64,000 nt of DNA from an uncultured Chromatiales bacterium (GCA_964635845.1 CAZWNO010000002.1:44901-108900), one strand, 5' to 3'; shown: positions 30,599 through 40,856, counted from the stretch's first letter. The notes: a model not told the origin generated them from the sequence alone. A program made the numbers and translations.

Positions 30599-33598
30599 AT
30601 GCGACTTGCAGTACCAATTCTCGCAATGTTCATTGCTCTGACAATGATCACCGACGCCGCGGCGAAGGAACGTCCGCGTCCTGCGTCGCCAGCCGTTACC
30701 GTTTCCAACGACCTCGTGCCGGGGATAGTCTTCGTCAAATTCAAGGACAGCCGAACGCTCGCGCCCGGCGGGGCCGCCACGGGTATCGGCAGCGTCGACC
30801 GCATACTCGCCCGCGCGATGGCTTCCTCCGTCGAGCCTTTACACCGGACCCTGTCGCAGCGAAAGAGCTTCAACTCCACGCAGGAGGCGAGTCTCGCCCG
30901 CATCGTGAAAGTCCGCTACTCCGCGTCGCTCGATCCGAAGCAGCTTGCCGCCGAACTCGCGGCAGATCCCTCCGTCGAGTACGCCGAACCGTACTACGCC
31001 TTCCGTCCGCTGCACACGCCCGACGATCCCCGCCTGACAACGCAGTGGGCCGTGACCATGCTGAAAATGCAGGAGGCATGGGACGTCACCACGGGTGATT
31101 CCACGATCTCCATCGGGTATGTCGACTCCGGTGTGAATTACGCCCACGAGGACCTTTCCCTCTCCCTCGCGATCAACGCAGGTGAATGGGGTGCGAACGG
31201 CGAACTCAAGGACAACGGCCTCGACGATGACGGCAACGGCTACATCGACGACTGGCGCGGCTGGGATTTCGTCGGGAACGGCACTTTGACGGCGCCGAAT
31301 CCGGATAACGACCCGATGGATTTCAACGGGCACGGGACCAACGGCGCGGGGATTGCCGCTGCACGCACCAACAACGGAAAGGGAATCGCCGGCATTGGCT
31401 ACATGACAAAAATCCTTGCGATCAAGGTGCAGGACGATGCGGGCCAGACCGGCTTCGCAGGTTATGAGGGGATCACCTACGCCGCCGACATGGGCTGCCG
31501 CGTCATCAACTGCAGCTGGGGCGACAATGCGATGATCAGTCAGACACTGCAGGACGTCGTCGACTATGCATGGTCGAGAGGCGCGCTCGTCGTCGGCGGT
31601 GCGGGCAACAGCGTCATCGACAACGACATCAACCCGTTCATCCCCGCTTCGCTGAACCATGTGCTCAGCGTCAGTTCCTTTGAGGAAGACGGCAGCAACA
31701 GCGCCTGGGCGGCCTACGGCGCATCGGTGCACGTCTACGCACCCGGCACCAACGTGCTCACGACACGCGGAAGCTTCGGCTACCAGGCCGTGACCGGCAC
31801 ATCTTTCGCCGCCCCGCACATGTCAGGCCTTGCGGCGCTGATCTTCGCCGTGCATCCGGACTGGACTCCCGATCAGGTGCTGCAGCAGATCCGCGTCACG
31901 GCCGACGGTTTCGGCGCGACTCCCGACGCGAAGCGCTATGGCCGGGCGAATGCACAGAAGGCGCTCACCATGAACTCTGTCCTCAACGATCTTCCTGGGA
32001 TCGCGGTCGAGAGCTTCACGGTCAGCACGCCGCAGGGTGCGTATTTCAGCCAGGGCGGACAGACCGCCACGATCAATGTCACGCTCAAGAATCATCTCGC
32101 GCCCGCGGTGGACGCTACGGTGGATCTCGTGCTCACCGGCGCACCGGTCACGGCCACGACGACCAACTTTCCGCTCGGTGCGATGGCGAACATGGTCACC
32201 AAGAGCATAACCATCGAGGTGCGGCTCAACGACGACGTCAAACAATCCGAGGGATACATCCCTGTCATTCTGAAGATCACTTCCGGTACGCTTGTTGATT
32301 TCGAAATCGTGCGCGTACCGATCTATCTCGACGACGCCTGGCATACGGTGGTCGATCTCACGTATCCGTACAACTCGATCGACCAGCCGAACCGTTGGAC
32401 CGTCTGGGTCAGCGGTGATTACGCGCCGAACGGCACACCGACACAGGACATCGCGATCCGCACGACCGACGGCGGCGACAGCTGGCTCTACGCTTTCGGT
32501 ACGGGCTTCCCGAGTGGTCGCGGTGTGTACTGCATCGACGGTATCGATGAGAACAATGCGCTCGTGGGCACGGGTCCGGCAGACGGGAACGCCGCCATCT
32601 TCCGCACCGGCGACGGTGGACAGAACTGGACTTCGTCCAGCGTCTCCAACATGACGGCCTTCGTCAACTGGATTCACATGTTCGACGGTCAGAACGGCAT
32701 CATGCAGGGAGATCCGAAGGGCAATGCCTGGGCGCTCGCCACGACGAACAACGGCGGGCAGACCTGGTCGCCCATTTCGACTCCGCTGGGTGCGGCCACA
32801 GGCGAGACGGGATGGAACAACAGTTACGATGTCGTGGGTGATCATATCTGGTTCGGAACGAACAGCAGCAAGATCTATCGCTCCACCGACCGTGGACAGA
32901 CCTGGACGGGGTATGCCACACCGAGCAAGAATTCGGTCGACGTCAATTTCCGCGATGAACTCGTGGGCATCGCCCGCTTCTCGAAACAGGCCGAGCAGGG
33001 CACGGATACACTCGCACTCACCTTGGACGGCGGTCTCACCTGGTCGCTGATCTCAACCATCGCCGCTCCGTCGGGTTCGACGGCGTTCGAGCGCGGCGGG
33101 AAGCGCCTCTGGTTCTTCCAGGGCGCGAATGCGCTGGTCTCCACCAACCTCGGTGCGACATGGAACGTTCAGGCGGCCCCGAGCGATTTCAATTACGTCA
33201 ACGACGCGGCCGAGTGGAATGACGGAGCCGTCACCATGGTGTTCGCCGCAGGCATCGAGATTTTCCGCTACGCCGGCCAGTTCATGGTGCTCGGTGTCGG
33301 AGACTTGGAAGCGGCGGCGCCGGCGATCCCGCTGCTGCACGCGCTCTATCCGAATCCCGTTGCCTCGGGACGCGACGGCAGCGTCATCGCGCAGCTCCAG
33401 CTCCCCTCGGCGGCCGCGGTTGTGCTTGCAGTTTACGACATGAGCGGCAAGAAGGTACGCGAAGTGCTGAACGCCACGCTCGAAGCCGGCATGCACAGCG
33501 CCCGTGTTTCTACCGCCGGACTCTCCGCCGGCAACTACCTGCTTCGTCTGAGCACGCCGGTCACGAGCAGCGCGCAAAAGCTCGTCGTACTGAACTAG
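30599..33598 (+). CDS. S8 subtilisin-family peptidase fused to an Asp-box beta-propeller and a C-terminal T9SS-type sorting domain (999 aa)
   Basis: Propeptide. Catalytic D (VDSGV), H (NGHGTNGAG) and S (GTSFAAPHMSG). Six Asp-boxes (TDGGDSW, GDGGQNW, NNGGQTW, TDRGQTW, LDGGLTW, NLGATW). Tail LYPNPVASGRDG..VYDMSGKKV..LSAGNYLLRL. Confidence 0.85.
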   Translation: MRLAVPILAMFIALTMITDAAAKERPRPASPAVTVSNDLVPGIVFVKFKDSRTLAPGGAATGIGSVDRILARAMASSVEPLHRTLSQRKSFNSTQEASLARIVKVRYSASLDPKQLAAELAADPSVEYAEPYYAFRPLHTPDDPRLTTQWAVTMLKMQEAWDVTTGDSTISIGYVDSGVNYAHEDLSLSLAINAGEWGANGELKDNGLDDDGNGYIDDWRGWDFVGNGTLTAPNPDNDPMDFNGHGTNGAGIAAARTNNGKGIAGIGYMTKILAIKVQDDAGQTGFAGYEGITYAADMGCRVINCSWGDNAMISQTLQDVVDYAWSRGALVVGGAGNSVIDNDINPFIPASLNHVLSVSSFEEDGSNSAWAAYGASVHVYAPGTNVLTTRGSFGYQAVTGTSFAAPHMSGLAALIFAVHPDWTPDQVLQQIRVTADGFGATPDAKRYGRANAQKALTMNSVLNDLPGIAVESFTVSTPQGAYFSQGGQTATINVTLKNHLAPAVDATVDLVLTGAPVTATTTNFPLGAMANMVTKSITIEVRLNDDVKQSEGYIPVILKITSGTLVDFEIVRVPIYLDDAWHTVVDLTYPYNSIDQPNRWTVWVSGDYAPNGTPTQDIAIRTTDGGDSWLYAFGTGFPSGRGVYCIDGIDENNALVGTGPADGNAAIFRTGDGGQNWTSSSVSNMTAFVNWIHMFDGQNGIMQGDPKGNAWALATTNNGGQTWSPISTPLGAATGETGWNNSYDVVGDHIWFGTNSSKIYRSTDRGQTWTGYATPSKNSVDVNFRDELVGIARFSKQAEQGTDTLALTLDGGLTWSLISTIAAPSGSTAFERGGKRLWFFQGANALVSTNLGATWNVQAAPSDFNYVNDAAEWNDGAVTMVFAAGIEIFRYAGQFMVLGVGDLEAAAPAIPLLHALYPNPVASGRDGSVIAQLQLPSAAAVVLAVYDMSGKKVREVLNATLEAGMHSARVSTAGLSAGNYLLRLSTPVTSSAQKLVVLN

Positions 33599-33622
33599 TC
33601 GAGCGCGATCGGCGCCGTTTCT

Positions 33623-33672
33623 GCAGAAGCGCACAGAGGACACATTCCTTTGTGCGCTTCTGCATTTCTTAT
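33623..33672 (+). terminator. rho-independent terminator (GCAGAAGCGCACA-15nt-TGTGCGCTTCTGC + atttcttatta)
   Basis: 13-bp perfect stem followed by a T-rich tract, directly after the first S8 gene. Confidence 0.55.
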
Positions 33673-33737
33673 TATCCCATCCTTCATTATCTTGTTCGAT
33701 CTTTCGCCTCTCGCCCCTGAATCATTACTGGTGACCT

Positions 33738-36700
33738 ATGAAAGCTTTCTCCGGCATGTGCATCGCAGCACTGTATCTGCTCCTGGCAGCCTCCCCCACA
33801 CTTGCGGATTCTCCCGAAAGGACTGCCTCTCCCGCCACTTACGGTAAGAGATCCGTTGAGATCGTACCCAACGTCCTCATCGTCAAGCTCCGGCCGCAGG
33901 TCAGCTTCAGCAGCGGCGGTGATCGTCTCGGTGTGCGCGCCCTCGATGCGATACTCGCACGCGTGGGCGCAACGGCGGTGGAGACGTTCAGCACCGTGAA
34001 GGAGAATGCTATGCAGAAGGCCGCAAGGCGTCAGTACCACCACGATCGCATGGTCAAGATCCGTTACAGCTCGACCGATCATCCGGCACTGCTTGCGAAG
34101 GAGATCGCAAGCGACCCGAACGTGGAATACGCCGAGCCGTACTACGTTTATCCTGTGTCCCATACGCCGAATGATCCGCGGCTGAGCACGCAATGGGCTG
34201 TCACCGTGATGAAGCTGAAGGAAGCTTGGGATGTCACGACGGGGGACTCCACCATCATCATCGGCGATGTGGACACCGGCGTGGACTGGACGCATGAGGA
34301 TCTTTCTCTGAGCATCTATATCAATCCCGGCGAGTATGGAACGAACGGCGAGCTTTCAGCCAACGGTGTCGATGACGACAGCAACGGCAAGATCGATGAC
34401 TGGCACGGCTGGGATTACTTCGGCAACGGCAGCTTCTCGGCGCCCAAGCCCGACAACAATCCCATGGACGGCACGCTCGGTCACGGCACCAACACTTCCG
34501 GCTGCGCAGCGGCGCTGGCCAACAACGGCCTTGGCATCGCGGGCAGCAGCTACCGCGCGAAGATACTCGCGATCAAGGCTTCGACGGATCAGACCGGCGG
34601 CGTCGGCGGTTACGAAGGAATCCTTTACGCGGCACAGATGGGCTGCCGCATCATCAATTGCAGTTGGGGCGGCTCAGGTGATCGGTCACAGGCTCTGCAG
34701 GATCTGGTAGACGACGTCACCGACATGGGAGCACTCGTGGTCGGTTCCTCCGGCAATGATCCGATCGACAACGACTACACGCCGCACTGGCCGTCGTCGT
34801 TCAACCGCGTCCTCAACGTCGGTTCGGTCGAATCGAGCGGCGCGGCGTCGACCTGGTGTACCTACGGCACCTCCGTGCATACGTATTCCCCGGGCAGTGG
34901 TATTCTCACCACGAAGAAGGGCGGGGGATACACGAATCCGACCGGGACATCCTTTTCTTCTCCCCTCGCTTCCGGTGTCGCGGCGCTGGTGTTCGCCATG
35001 CATCCCGACTGGACCCCCGACCAGGTTGCCGCGCAGATCCGCGTCACGTCTGACCGTTTCGGAAGCACGCCGACGAGCAAGCGCCTGTCCCGTCTCAACG
35101 CGTTCAAGGCGGTCTCGCTCAACCGGAATCTCGACGAGATTCCCGGCCTTCGCATCAGCCGATTCTCTTACGTGTTCCAGGGCGGTGGTTCGAGTTTCAC
35201 GGAACCGAGGCAGACCGCCCGCGTCACCGTGGAGTTCGAGAATGTTCTCGCTCCGACATCGGCGGCGGCCACCGCGTATGTCGATCTGGACGATCCCTCC
35301 ATCACGGCGAGCGCGACGGATTTCGCGCTCGGTGTCATGAATACCTTCGACAAGAAGACCGTCGAATTCGACGTGGTGCTCTCCGACAAACCGCAGACCT
35401 CCGAAGGCTACCTGCCGGTGCGCATCCGCATCGAGGACGGCGAATACCTTGATTACGTGATGGGACGCATCCCGATTTTCCTCGACGACGCCTGGCATAC
35501 GTCGCTGTCGTTCGGTGCACCGTACTTCACCTCCATCGATGCGGTGAGCGCAACCGTGGTATGGGCGACGGCGAACGTGCAGAGTCAGGATATCTGCGTG
35601 CGAACCGTGAATGGCGGATCGTCATGGAGCAACACCGCCGGTTCTGGATTTCCGAATGGCAAGGGAGTCTACTGCGTGTTCGGCGTGAACAGCAGCATCG
35701 CGCTCGTGGGCACCGGGCCGGATTCCGGCCCGGCTGGGGTCTTCCGCACCACCAACGGCGGAACGCTCTGGACAGGCAGCTCGGTGAGCAGCATCACGGG
35801 CTTTGTCAACTGGATTCATATGTTCGACGCACAGAACGGGATTCTGCAGGGAGATCCCCTCGGCGGAACCTGGGGCATCGCGACCACGACCGACGGCGGA
35901 GCGACGTGGACCAAGGCACCGGGGGCACCGGCCGCTCCCACCGGCGAAGCGGGGTGGAACAACAGCTATGCCGCCGCCGGCGACACACTGTGGTTCGGTA
36001 CCAACAACAGCAAGATCTACCGCTCCGTCGACCGCGGGGCGACATGGAGCAGTTTCCCGACGCCGAGCAAGCATTCCGTCGATATGGTCTTCGCCGACAG
36101 CAGGCGCGGCATGATCCGCTTTACGACCCAGACCAGTTCCGGCGGCACGAACGCCCTGGCGGTGACCAGCGACGGCGGCGAGACCTGGACGCAGCTGAGC
36201 ACCATCACCGTCACGACGGGCGGCAGCATCGAGGTCGAACCCGATGGCAAGCGCTTCTGGTTCATGCAGGGCACCAACGCGCATGTCTCGTCCGACCTCG
36301 GCGCAACCTGGACAGTACAGGCCACGCCTGGCGGCTTCGGACTGATCACCTGTTCCTCCGCCTACAGCGGCGGCATCAAGAGCGACGTGTATGCAGCGGG
36401 TCTCGACATCTTCAAGTTTACCTCGACGTTCGATCCCTACAATACCACCGGCATCGGTGATGCACCCGCGGCCGCCGGTTTCGGGATCGATTATCTGTAC
36501 CCGAATCCCGTTTCGACCGCGTCCGCAGGCGGCATCACCGTCGGCTTCACGCTCGATGAAAGCTCGGCCGCAAAGCTTGCCGTGTACGACAACCTGGGCC
36601 GTGTCGCAGTCGAAGGTCTCGACGCCAACCTCACGGCTGGTGCGCACAGCTTCCGTCTCGACACGTCCGCGCTGAGCACCGGCGTCTATCGCGTCCGCGT

Positions 36701-36749
36701 GCAGGCAGGCGATCGCGCTGCGACGGCAAACCTTCTCGTGATTCATTAG
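33738..36749 (+). CDS. S8 subtilisin-family peptidase fused to an Asp-box beta-propeller and a C-terminal T9SS-type sorting domain (1003 aa; tandem paralog)
   Basis: Same architecture as 30599-33598. Catalytic triad (VDTGV, GHGTNTSG, GTSFSSPLASG). Asp-boxes NGGSSWS, NGGTLWT, TDGGATWT, DRGATWS, SDGGETWT, DLGATWT. Tail LYPNPVSTASAG..VYDNLGRV..LSTGVYRVRV. Confidence 0.85.
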   Translation: MKAFSGMCIAALYLLLAASPTLADSPERTASPATYGKRSVEIVPNVLIVKLRPQVSFSSGGDRLGVRALDAILARVGATAVETFSTVKENAMQKAARRQYHHDRMVKIRYSSTDHPALLAKEIASDPNVEYAEPYYVYPVSHTPNDPRLSTQWAVTVMKLKEAWDVTTGDSTIIIGDVDTGVDWTHEDLSLSIYINPGEYGTNGELSANGVDDDSNGKIDDWHGWDYFGNGSFSAPKPDNNPMDGTLGHGTNTSGCAAALANNGLGIAGSSYRAKILAIKASTDQTGGVGGYEGILYAAQMGCRIINCSWGGSGDRSQALQDLVDDVTDMGALVVGSSGNDPIDNDYTPHWPSSFNRVLNVGSVESSGAASTWCTYGTSVHTYSPGSGILTTKKGGGYTNPTGTSFSSPLASGVAALVFAMHPDWTPDQVAAQIRVTSDRFGSTPTSKRLSRLNAFKAVSLNRNLDEIPGLRISRFSYVFQGGGSSFTEPRQTARVTVEFENVLAPTSAAATAYVDLDDPSITASATDFALGVMNTFDKKTVEFDVVLSDKPQTSEGYLPVRIRIEDGEYLDYVMGRIPIFLDDAWHTSLSFGAPYFTSIDAVSATVVWATANVQSQDICVRTVNGGSSWSNTAGSGFPNGKGVYCVFGVNSSIALVGTGPDSGPAGVFRTTNGGTLWTGSSVSSITGFVNWIHMFDAQNGILQGDPLGGTWGIATTTDGGATWTKAPGAPAAPTGEAGWNNSYAAAGDTLWFGTNNSKIYRSVDRGATWSSFPTPSKHSVDMVFADSRRGMIRFTTQTSSGGTNALAVTSDGGETWTQLSTITVTTGGSIEVEPDGKRFWFMQGTNAHVSSDLGATWTVQATPGGFGLITCSSAYSGGIKSDVYAAGLDIFKFTSTFDPYNTTGIGDAPAAAGFGIDYLYPNPVSTASAGGITVGFTLDESSAAKLAVYDNLGRVAVEGLDANLTAGAHSFRLDTSALSTGVYRVRVQAGDRAATANLLVIH

Positions 36750-36841
36750 AATCCGCGGCAGGTGGCCGGCGCGGCACCCGCGCGTTTCTGATTGACGGCC
36801 ATCAGTTTCCCGCACCGCGACAGCGAAAATTTTCTTATACT

Positions 36842-36877
36842 TGAAGGATACCGAATTTCGGTATCCTTCATTTTTTT
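36842..36877 (+). terminator. rho-independent terminator (GAAGGATACCGA-att-TCGGTATCCTTC + ATTTTTTTC)
   Basis: 12-bp perfect stem, 3-nt loop, run of 7 T. Between the second S8 gene and lgt. Confidence 0.65.
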
Positions 36878-36895
36878 CACACGAAAGATCCGCCC

Positions 36896-37675
36896 ATGTT
36901 CACCTGGAGTCCCGATCCCGTATTCTTCAGTATCGGAGAATGGCACATCCGCTGGTACGGTCTGCTCTTCTCCCTCGCGTTCCTGTGCAGCTTTGCTGTC
37001 ATGGTGTGGATCTTCCGGCGGGAGAAAAAAGGCGACGACCTCCTGAACAAGCTCTTCCTGTACGTGTTCGTCGGGGTGGTGGTCGGAGCGCGCCTCGGAC
37101 ACTGTCTCTTCTACAGTCCCGAATTCTACCTGACACACCCCCTCGAGATTCTGAAGATCTGGGAGGGCGGACTCGCCAGTCACGGTGCGGCCGCGGGCAT
37201 CCTGCTTGCGATCCTTCTGTTCGTTCGTACGACACCGGGAGTGAGTTTCTACTGGGTGACCGACCGCGTCTCGGTGGTGATTCCGCTGGCTGCGATCTTC
37301 GTCCGCCTCGGCAATTTCGTGAATTCGGAGATCCTGGGACTCCCAACCAGCGTTCCCTGGGCGGTCATTTTCGCGCGCGTCGACGACATCCCGCGGCATC
37401 CCGTGCAGCTCTACGAGGCGATAAGCTATCTCGCCATATTCGTGATCATGATCCTTCTGTACCGGAAGAACGCGGCAGCGCGCGCGGGACGCCTGACCGG
37501 CAGTATGGTCGCCATGCTCTTCACCATGCGGTTCTTTCTCGAATTCTTCAAGACCGGACAGTCCACACTCGATCCTTCCATGCCCATCACCATGGGACAG
37601 CTGCTGAGCGTCCCTCTCGTGCTGTTCGGACTCTGGTTGCTTATGCGAAAGTCGGCCGCCCCCATGAAATCGTGA
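36896..37675 (+). CDS. lgt: prolipoprotein diacylglyceryl transferase
   Basis: Lgt signature (HIRWYGLLFSLAFL..GARLGHCLFY..WEGGLASHGAAAG..FVRLGNFVNSEILG). Confidence 0.9.
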   Translation: MFTWSPDPVFFSIGEWHIRWYGLLFSLAFLCSFAVMVWIFRREKKGDDLLNKLFLYVFVGVVVGARLGHCLFYSPEFYLTHPLEILKIWEGGLASHGAAAGILLAILLFVRTTPGVSFYWVTDRVSVVIPLAAIFVRLGNFVNSEILGLPTSVPWAVIFARVDDIPRHPVQLYEAISYLAIFVIMILLYRKNAAARAGRLTGSMVAMLFTMRFFLEFFKTGQSTLDPSMPITMGQLLSVPLVLFGLWLLMRKSAAPMKS

Positions 37676-37759
37676 TTTCTGCAGGGACCGCGGCTGCCTC
37701 TCGACAGGAATCGCGCCTGCTCCGCGGTGGGTGCGGCATGGCTGCAACTCCTCCGCGTG

Positions 37760-38815
37760 TCAATTCCCCACACCGATCCCGACACCCCATCGCGCCGTCA
37801 AACCGGCGAGCACCTTCCCTTCGGTGGTGACAGTGCACCAGAAGCCCGGACGCACACCGGCCGCTTCGACGAAGCCAGGGTACAGGTTGAGCGTCACGAG
37901 GTTCGAAGAGATGCCGCTCAGTACGAGCGATGCGAGAAGGGAGTTCTCGCGATCGTAGAACACGCCGGCGCTCCAGACCAGGCTGCCTGTCAGATGCAGG
38001 GGATTCTCCGTCTCCGGAATGACGTCCGCATTGCGCAGTCCGGCAGCGACCGATACCGCGCTCCCGTCATCGAAGCGGCGGGAGAGTCCCGCCAGACCGT
38101 TGATGCCGAAGACATAGATCAGGGAATGCCCGTCCCAGAAGGGCAGGTTGTATTTCGCGACAAAGTACTGTCCGGTATTCCGCAACGTCATGTCCCTCAC
38201 GTTCAGTGTCGGTTGCAGCGACCAGTCGTTCAGGTGCAGCGTTTCCGAGAAAAAGACGGCGACATCGTCTATGCTGAAGAGCAGCATTCCCCCGATGTCG
38301 AAGAGATAGATATCCGCCAGCGGGTCGATCAGCTCTCCCTGCACGCCGTTGTTTTCCACGACCTCATTGAGCAGGTGATAGGCCATGACGGTCGCGGCTG
38401 ACCATACGCGCGGCGCGGCGAAGCCGTGCTGCTCGTACCATTCGCCGAGCTTGACGAAGGTCATGCCTCCGCCGACCAGGTGCAGCTGGTAATTCGGCCA
38501 CCAGCTCGCACCTTCGCTGAATTCCAGCGGCAGCACTTCATGTCGGAGAAAACGTCCCCAGCCATAACGATTGATCAGCGGCAGCGGCTTCGCGAGATTG
38601 CCGAACACCGTGCGTCCGGCCTGCGCGAAGGGATAGGCGAACACATCCCGGCGATAGCGATCGAGCTGGAGGATATCGAAGCCGCCGTTGAGCAGCACCG
38701 TCAGCGGAGAGTACTGCGCCTCGCTTCCCCAGTCCTGTCCCCGGTAATACAGCTGCTGCGCTCCCGCGCAGGTGATAATTGCGAAAAATAACGCAATCGT
38801 GCTGATTCCGGTCAA
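37760..38815 (-). CDS. hypothetical secreted/outer-membrane protein. Proposed TTG start at 38815 (preceded by AGGAGA) gives the signal peptide M/L-TGISTIALFFAIITCAGAQQ
   Basis: There is no ATG near the obvious signal peptide. The ORF-track start at 39028 would add about 70 non-hydrophobic residues before it. No recognisable domain. Confidence 0.4.
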   Translation of the reverse strand: MTGISTIALFFAIITCAGAQQLYYRGQDWGSEAQYSPLTVLLNGGFDILQLDRYRRDVFAYPFAQAGRTVFGNLAKPLPLINRYGWGRFLRHEVLPLEFSEGASWWPNYQLHLVGGGMTFVKLGEWYEQHGFAAPRVWSAATVMAYHLLNEVVENNGVQGELIDPLADIYLFDIGGMLLFSIDDVAVFFSETLHLNDWSLQPTLNVRDMTLRNTGQYFVAKYNLPFWDGHSLIYVFGINGLAGLSRRFDDGSAVSVAAGLRNADVIPETENPLHLTGSLVWSAGVFYDRENSLLASLVLSGISSNLVTLNLYPGFVEAAGVRPGFWCTVTTEGKVLAGLTARWGVGIGVGN

Positions 38816-39136
38816 TATTCTCCTACCGAGTCCACGAAGAGAACGGGATGGACCAATCAATCTGCCTGGATAGTGCGGGCTTCGGTGCGGGCTGAGACTT
38901 CCGGAAAAGTAAATTATGAAGAATACTGTACTTGCGTCCTGCATGGAAGTGACGTACGGGGAGAAAAGGATGGTTTGGGGGATAGGGGTGGACAATCCCG
39001 ACCACGGAAAGGTTACAGAAATTCTCACATTTTCCTAACGGAATCTTGTTTTTATCGTAAATTCCGTGTAATCTTCGTGACCTGCACAGGCAGAGCCTAT
39101 CGCATTCCATAGATATGTTCCACTCCGGAGAAAACG

Positions 39137-39955
39137 ATGCAGCGATTGTTCTCCTTTTGCGTGCTCTTTCTCGCACTCGGCACCGCGGTGGTTGCGCAGT
39201 CACGCGGTTTCATTCCCCCGCTGTTCAGTCTGCCTGATGAAAGCGAGCAGGTGCGGTTCACCTCCGCCCTGCAGCCGCAGTTTCAGCTGCCGGATTATCC
39301 CGCGGTACAGCTGAGCAACGGCGTGGAAGGGGTCGTTGAAGTGCAGCTGTACGTCACTTCCGAGGGCGAAGTGGTTTTCAGTGAGGTCACGGTCAGTTCC
39401 GGAGTGGAGGAATTTGACGACCTCGCACTGTCCAGCGCAATGAAAGCGCGTTTCCCGGCCGGGTATGCGACGGTGAAGGGGCTCGCACGCGATTTCCGGA
39501 TCTCGATGCCTTTTTATTTCCTGCTCTCCGCCGATCCCGAACAGTACTGGCAGTCCCGCCTCGAACTGTCGCGCGTCCAGCAGGAATATGAGATCGTCAT
39601 GAAGAGCTTCCAGGATTTCCTGATGGAGCGCAGCAAGACGCCGCCGCAAAAGGTGAAGGAGATCCACCGCGGGATGGAAGAGAAAGTCGCGATCGCGAAG
39701 AACATACACCGCATCCTCGCGGAGAAAAAGGAAACCGCCATCCTCCGCCTGCACAAACAGCTCGACGAGCATCGCGGGCAGGCCCCGCTGGCCGACGGTG
39801 AGGATGCAAGCTGGCGCCGTGACCTTCAGGACCGCGGTCAGGCGAGCGTCCAGACCGCCTTGCCGGGAACAGGCGTGGTCAATGCCCGTTCAGTCGGCGC
39901 CGAGGGCGTCGACCGGCTGACGCATGAACTGGAAATGAAGAAAGCGTATCTGTGA
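39137..39955 (+). CDS. secreted protein with a TonB-C-terminal-like domain followed by a coiled-coil/charged region
   Basis: Signal peptide. PAVQLSNGVEGVVEVQLYVTSEGEVVFSEVTVSSG resembles the TonB_C fold signature. Rest is low complexity. Confidence 0.45.
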   Translation: MQRLFSFCVLFLALGTAVVAQSRGFIPPLFSLPDESEQVRFTSALQPQFQLPDYPAVQLSNGVEGVVEVQLYVTSEGEVVFSEVTVSSGVEEFDDLALSSAMKARFPAGYATVKGLARDFRISMPFYFLLSADPEQYWQSRLELSRVQQEYEIVMKSFQDFLMERSKTPPQKVKEIHRGMEEKVAIAKNIHRILAEKKETAILRLHKQLDEHRGQAPLADGEDASWRRDLQDRGQASVQTALPGTGVVNARSVGAEGVDRLTHELEMKKAYL

Positions 39956-40025
39956 TTTTCTTGCATCGGCGGTCCTGAACCAGCCACCGATGTACCCATA
40001 ACAAACTCACCTGAGTGCTATGAAG

Positions 40026-40054
40026 ACATCCGCTGAAAGGCGGATGTTTTTTTT
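40026..40054 (+). terminator. rho-independent terminator (ACATCCGC-tgaaag-GCGGATGT + TTTTTTTT)
   Basis: 8-bp stem and a run of 8 T, downstream of 39137-39955. Confidence 0.55.
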
Positions 40055-40067
40055 CGATTCGCCGCGG

Positions 40068-40856
40068 TCAGTCGATCGCAGCGATGCTCAGCACTTCCCC
40101 GACGTCGTGCCGCGAGGCGATGACGACGCGCGGACGAAATCCCTCGCGCCGTGCGAGCACTGCCTCCACTTCGCGCAGCACGACTTCCGGCGTGTTGTTG
40201 TTTTCGCTCAGATGGCCGAGGATGAGCGTGCGGAGACGGCCGTTGCAGCACTGCTCCACCAGTTCCATCGCCTGGATGTTGGAGAGATGTCCGTGCGGCG
40301 CGCGGATACGCTCCTTGAGGTATTGCGGGTAGGGACCGTGCTCGAGCATGTACTCGTCGTAGTTGCTCTCAAGCAGCGCGGCGTCGACTTCACCCAGCAG
40401 CCGCGCCACGTCCTCGTTGCCTACGCCCAGGTCCGTGACATAGAGGAAGCGCCTCTCCCCGATCTGAACGAGAAAGAACACCGGATCGGCCGCGTCGTGG
40501 GACTTGGCGAAAGCCTGCACGGTGATGTCCTCCACCCTCACCGTTTCGCCGCGGCCGATGAAGCGGTGCCCCTTGTGCGGACGGCTGCGCCACATCCCGC
40601 GCCATGTGGCCTCGGTCAGAAAGGTCGGCACACGATAGAGTTTCGTGGTCACCGGCAGACCGCGCACGTGGTCGGTGTGTTCGTGTGTGACGAAGATGCC
40701 GCGCACGCTGTGCAATGACCGGCCGTGCAGCTTGAGCCGCTGCTCGATCTGCCGGCGCGAGATGCCGCAGTCGAGCAGCACCGCCGCGCCGCTGCGCTGC
40801 GACTCGACGTAGACGGCGTTACCGTTGCTTCCGGAATTCAGGACGATGATGTTCAT
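40068..40856 (-). CDS. MBL-fold metallo-hydrolase
   Basis: HxHxDH motif (VTHEHTDHVRGL). Start set at MNIIVLNSGSNGN. Confidence 0.75.
   Translation of the reverse strand: MNIIVLNSGSNGNAVYVESQRSGAAVLLDCGISRRQIEQRLKLHGRSLHSVRGIFVTHEHTDHVRGLPVTTKLYRVPTFLTEATWRGMWRSRPHKGHRFIGRGETVRVEDITVQAFAKSHDAADPVFFLVQIGERRFLYVTDLGVGNEDVARLLGEVDAALLESNYDEYMLEHGPYPQYLKERIRAPHGHLSNIQAMELVEQCCNGRLRTLILGHLSENNNTPEVVLREVEAVLARREGFRPRVVIASRHDVGEVLSIAAID

Noticed and set aside
37727-38401. 224-aa plus-strand ORF overlapping the minus-strand hypothetical OM protein
   Set aside because: Its product is charged and low-complexity without a signal peptide or motifs. The minus-strand frame has a signal peptide and an OMP-like composition.
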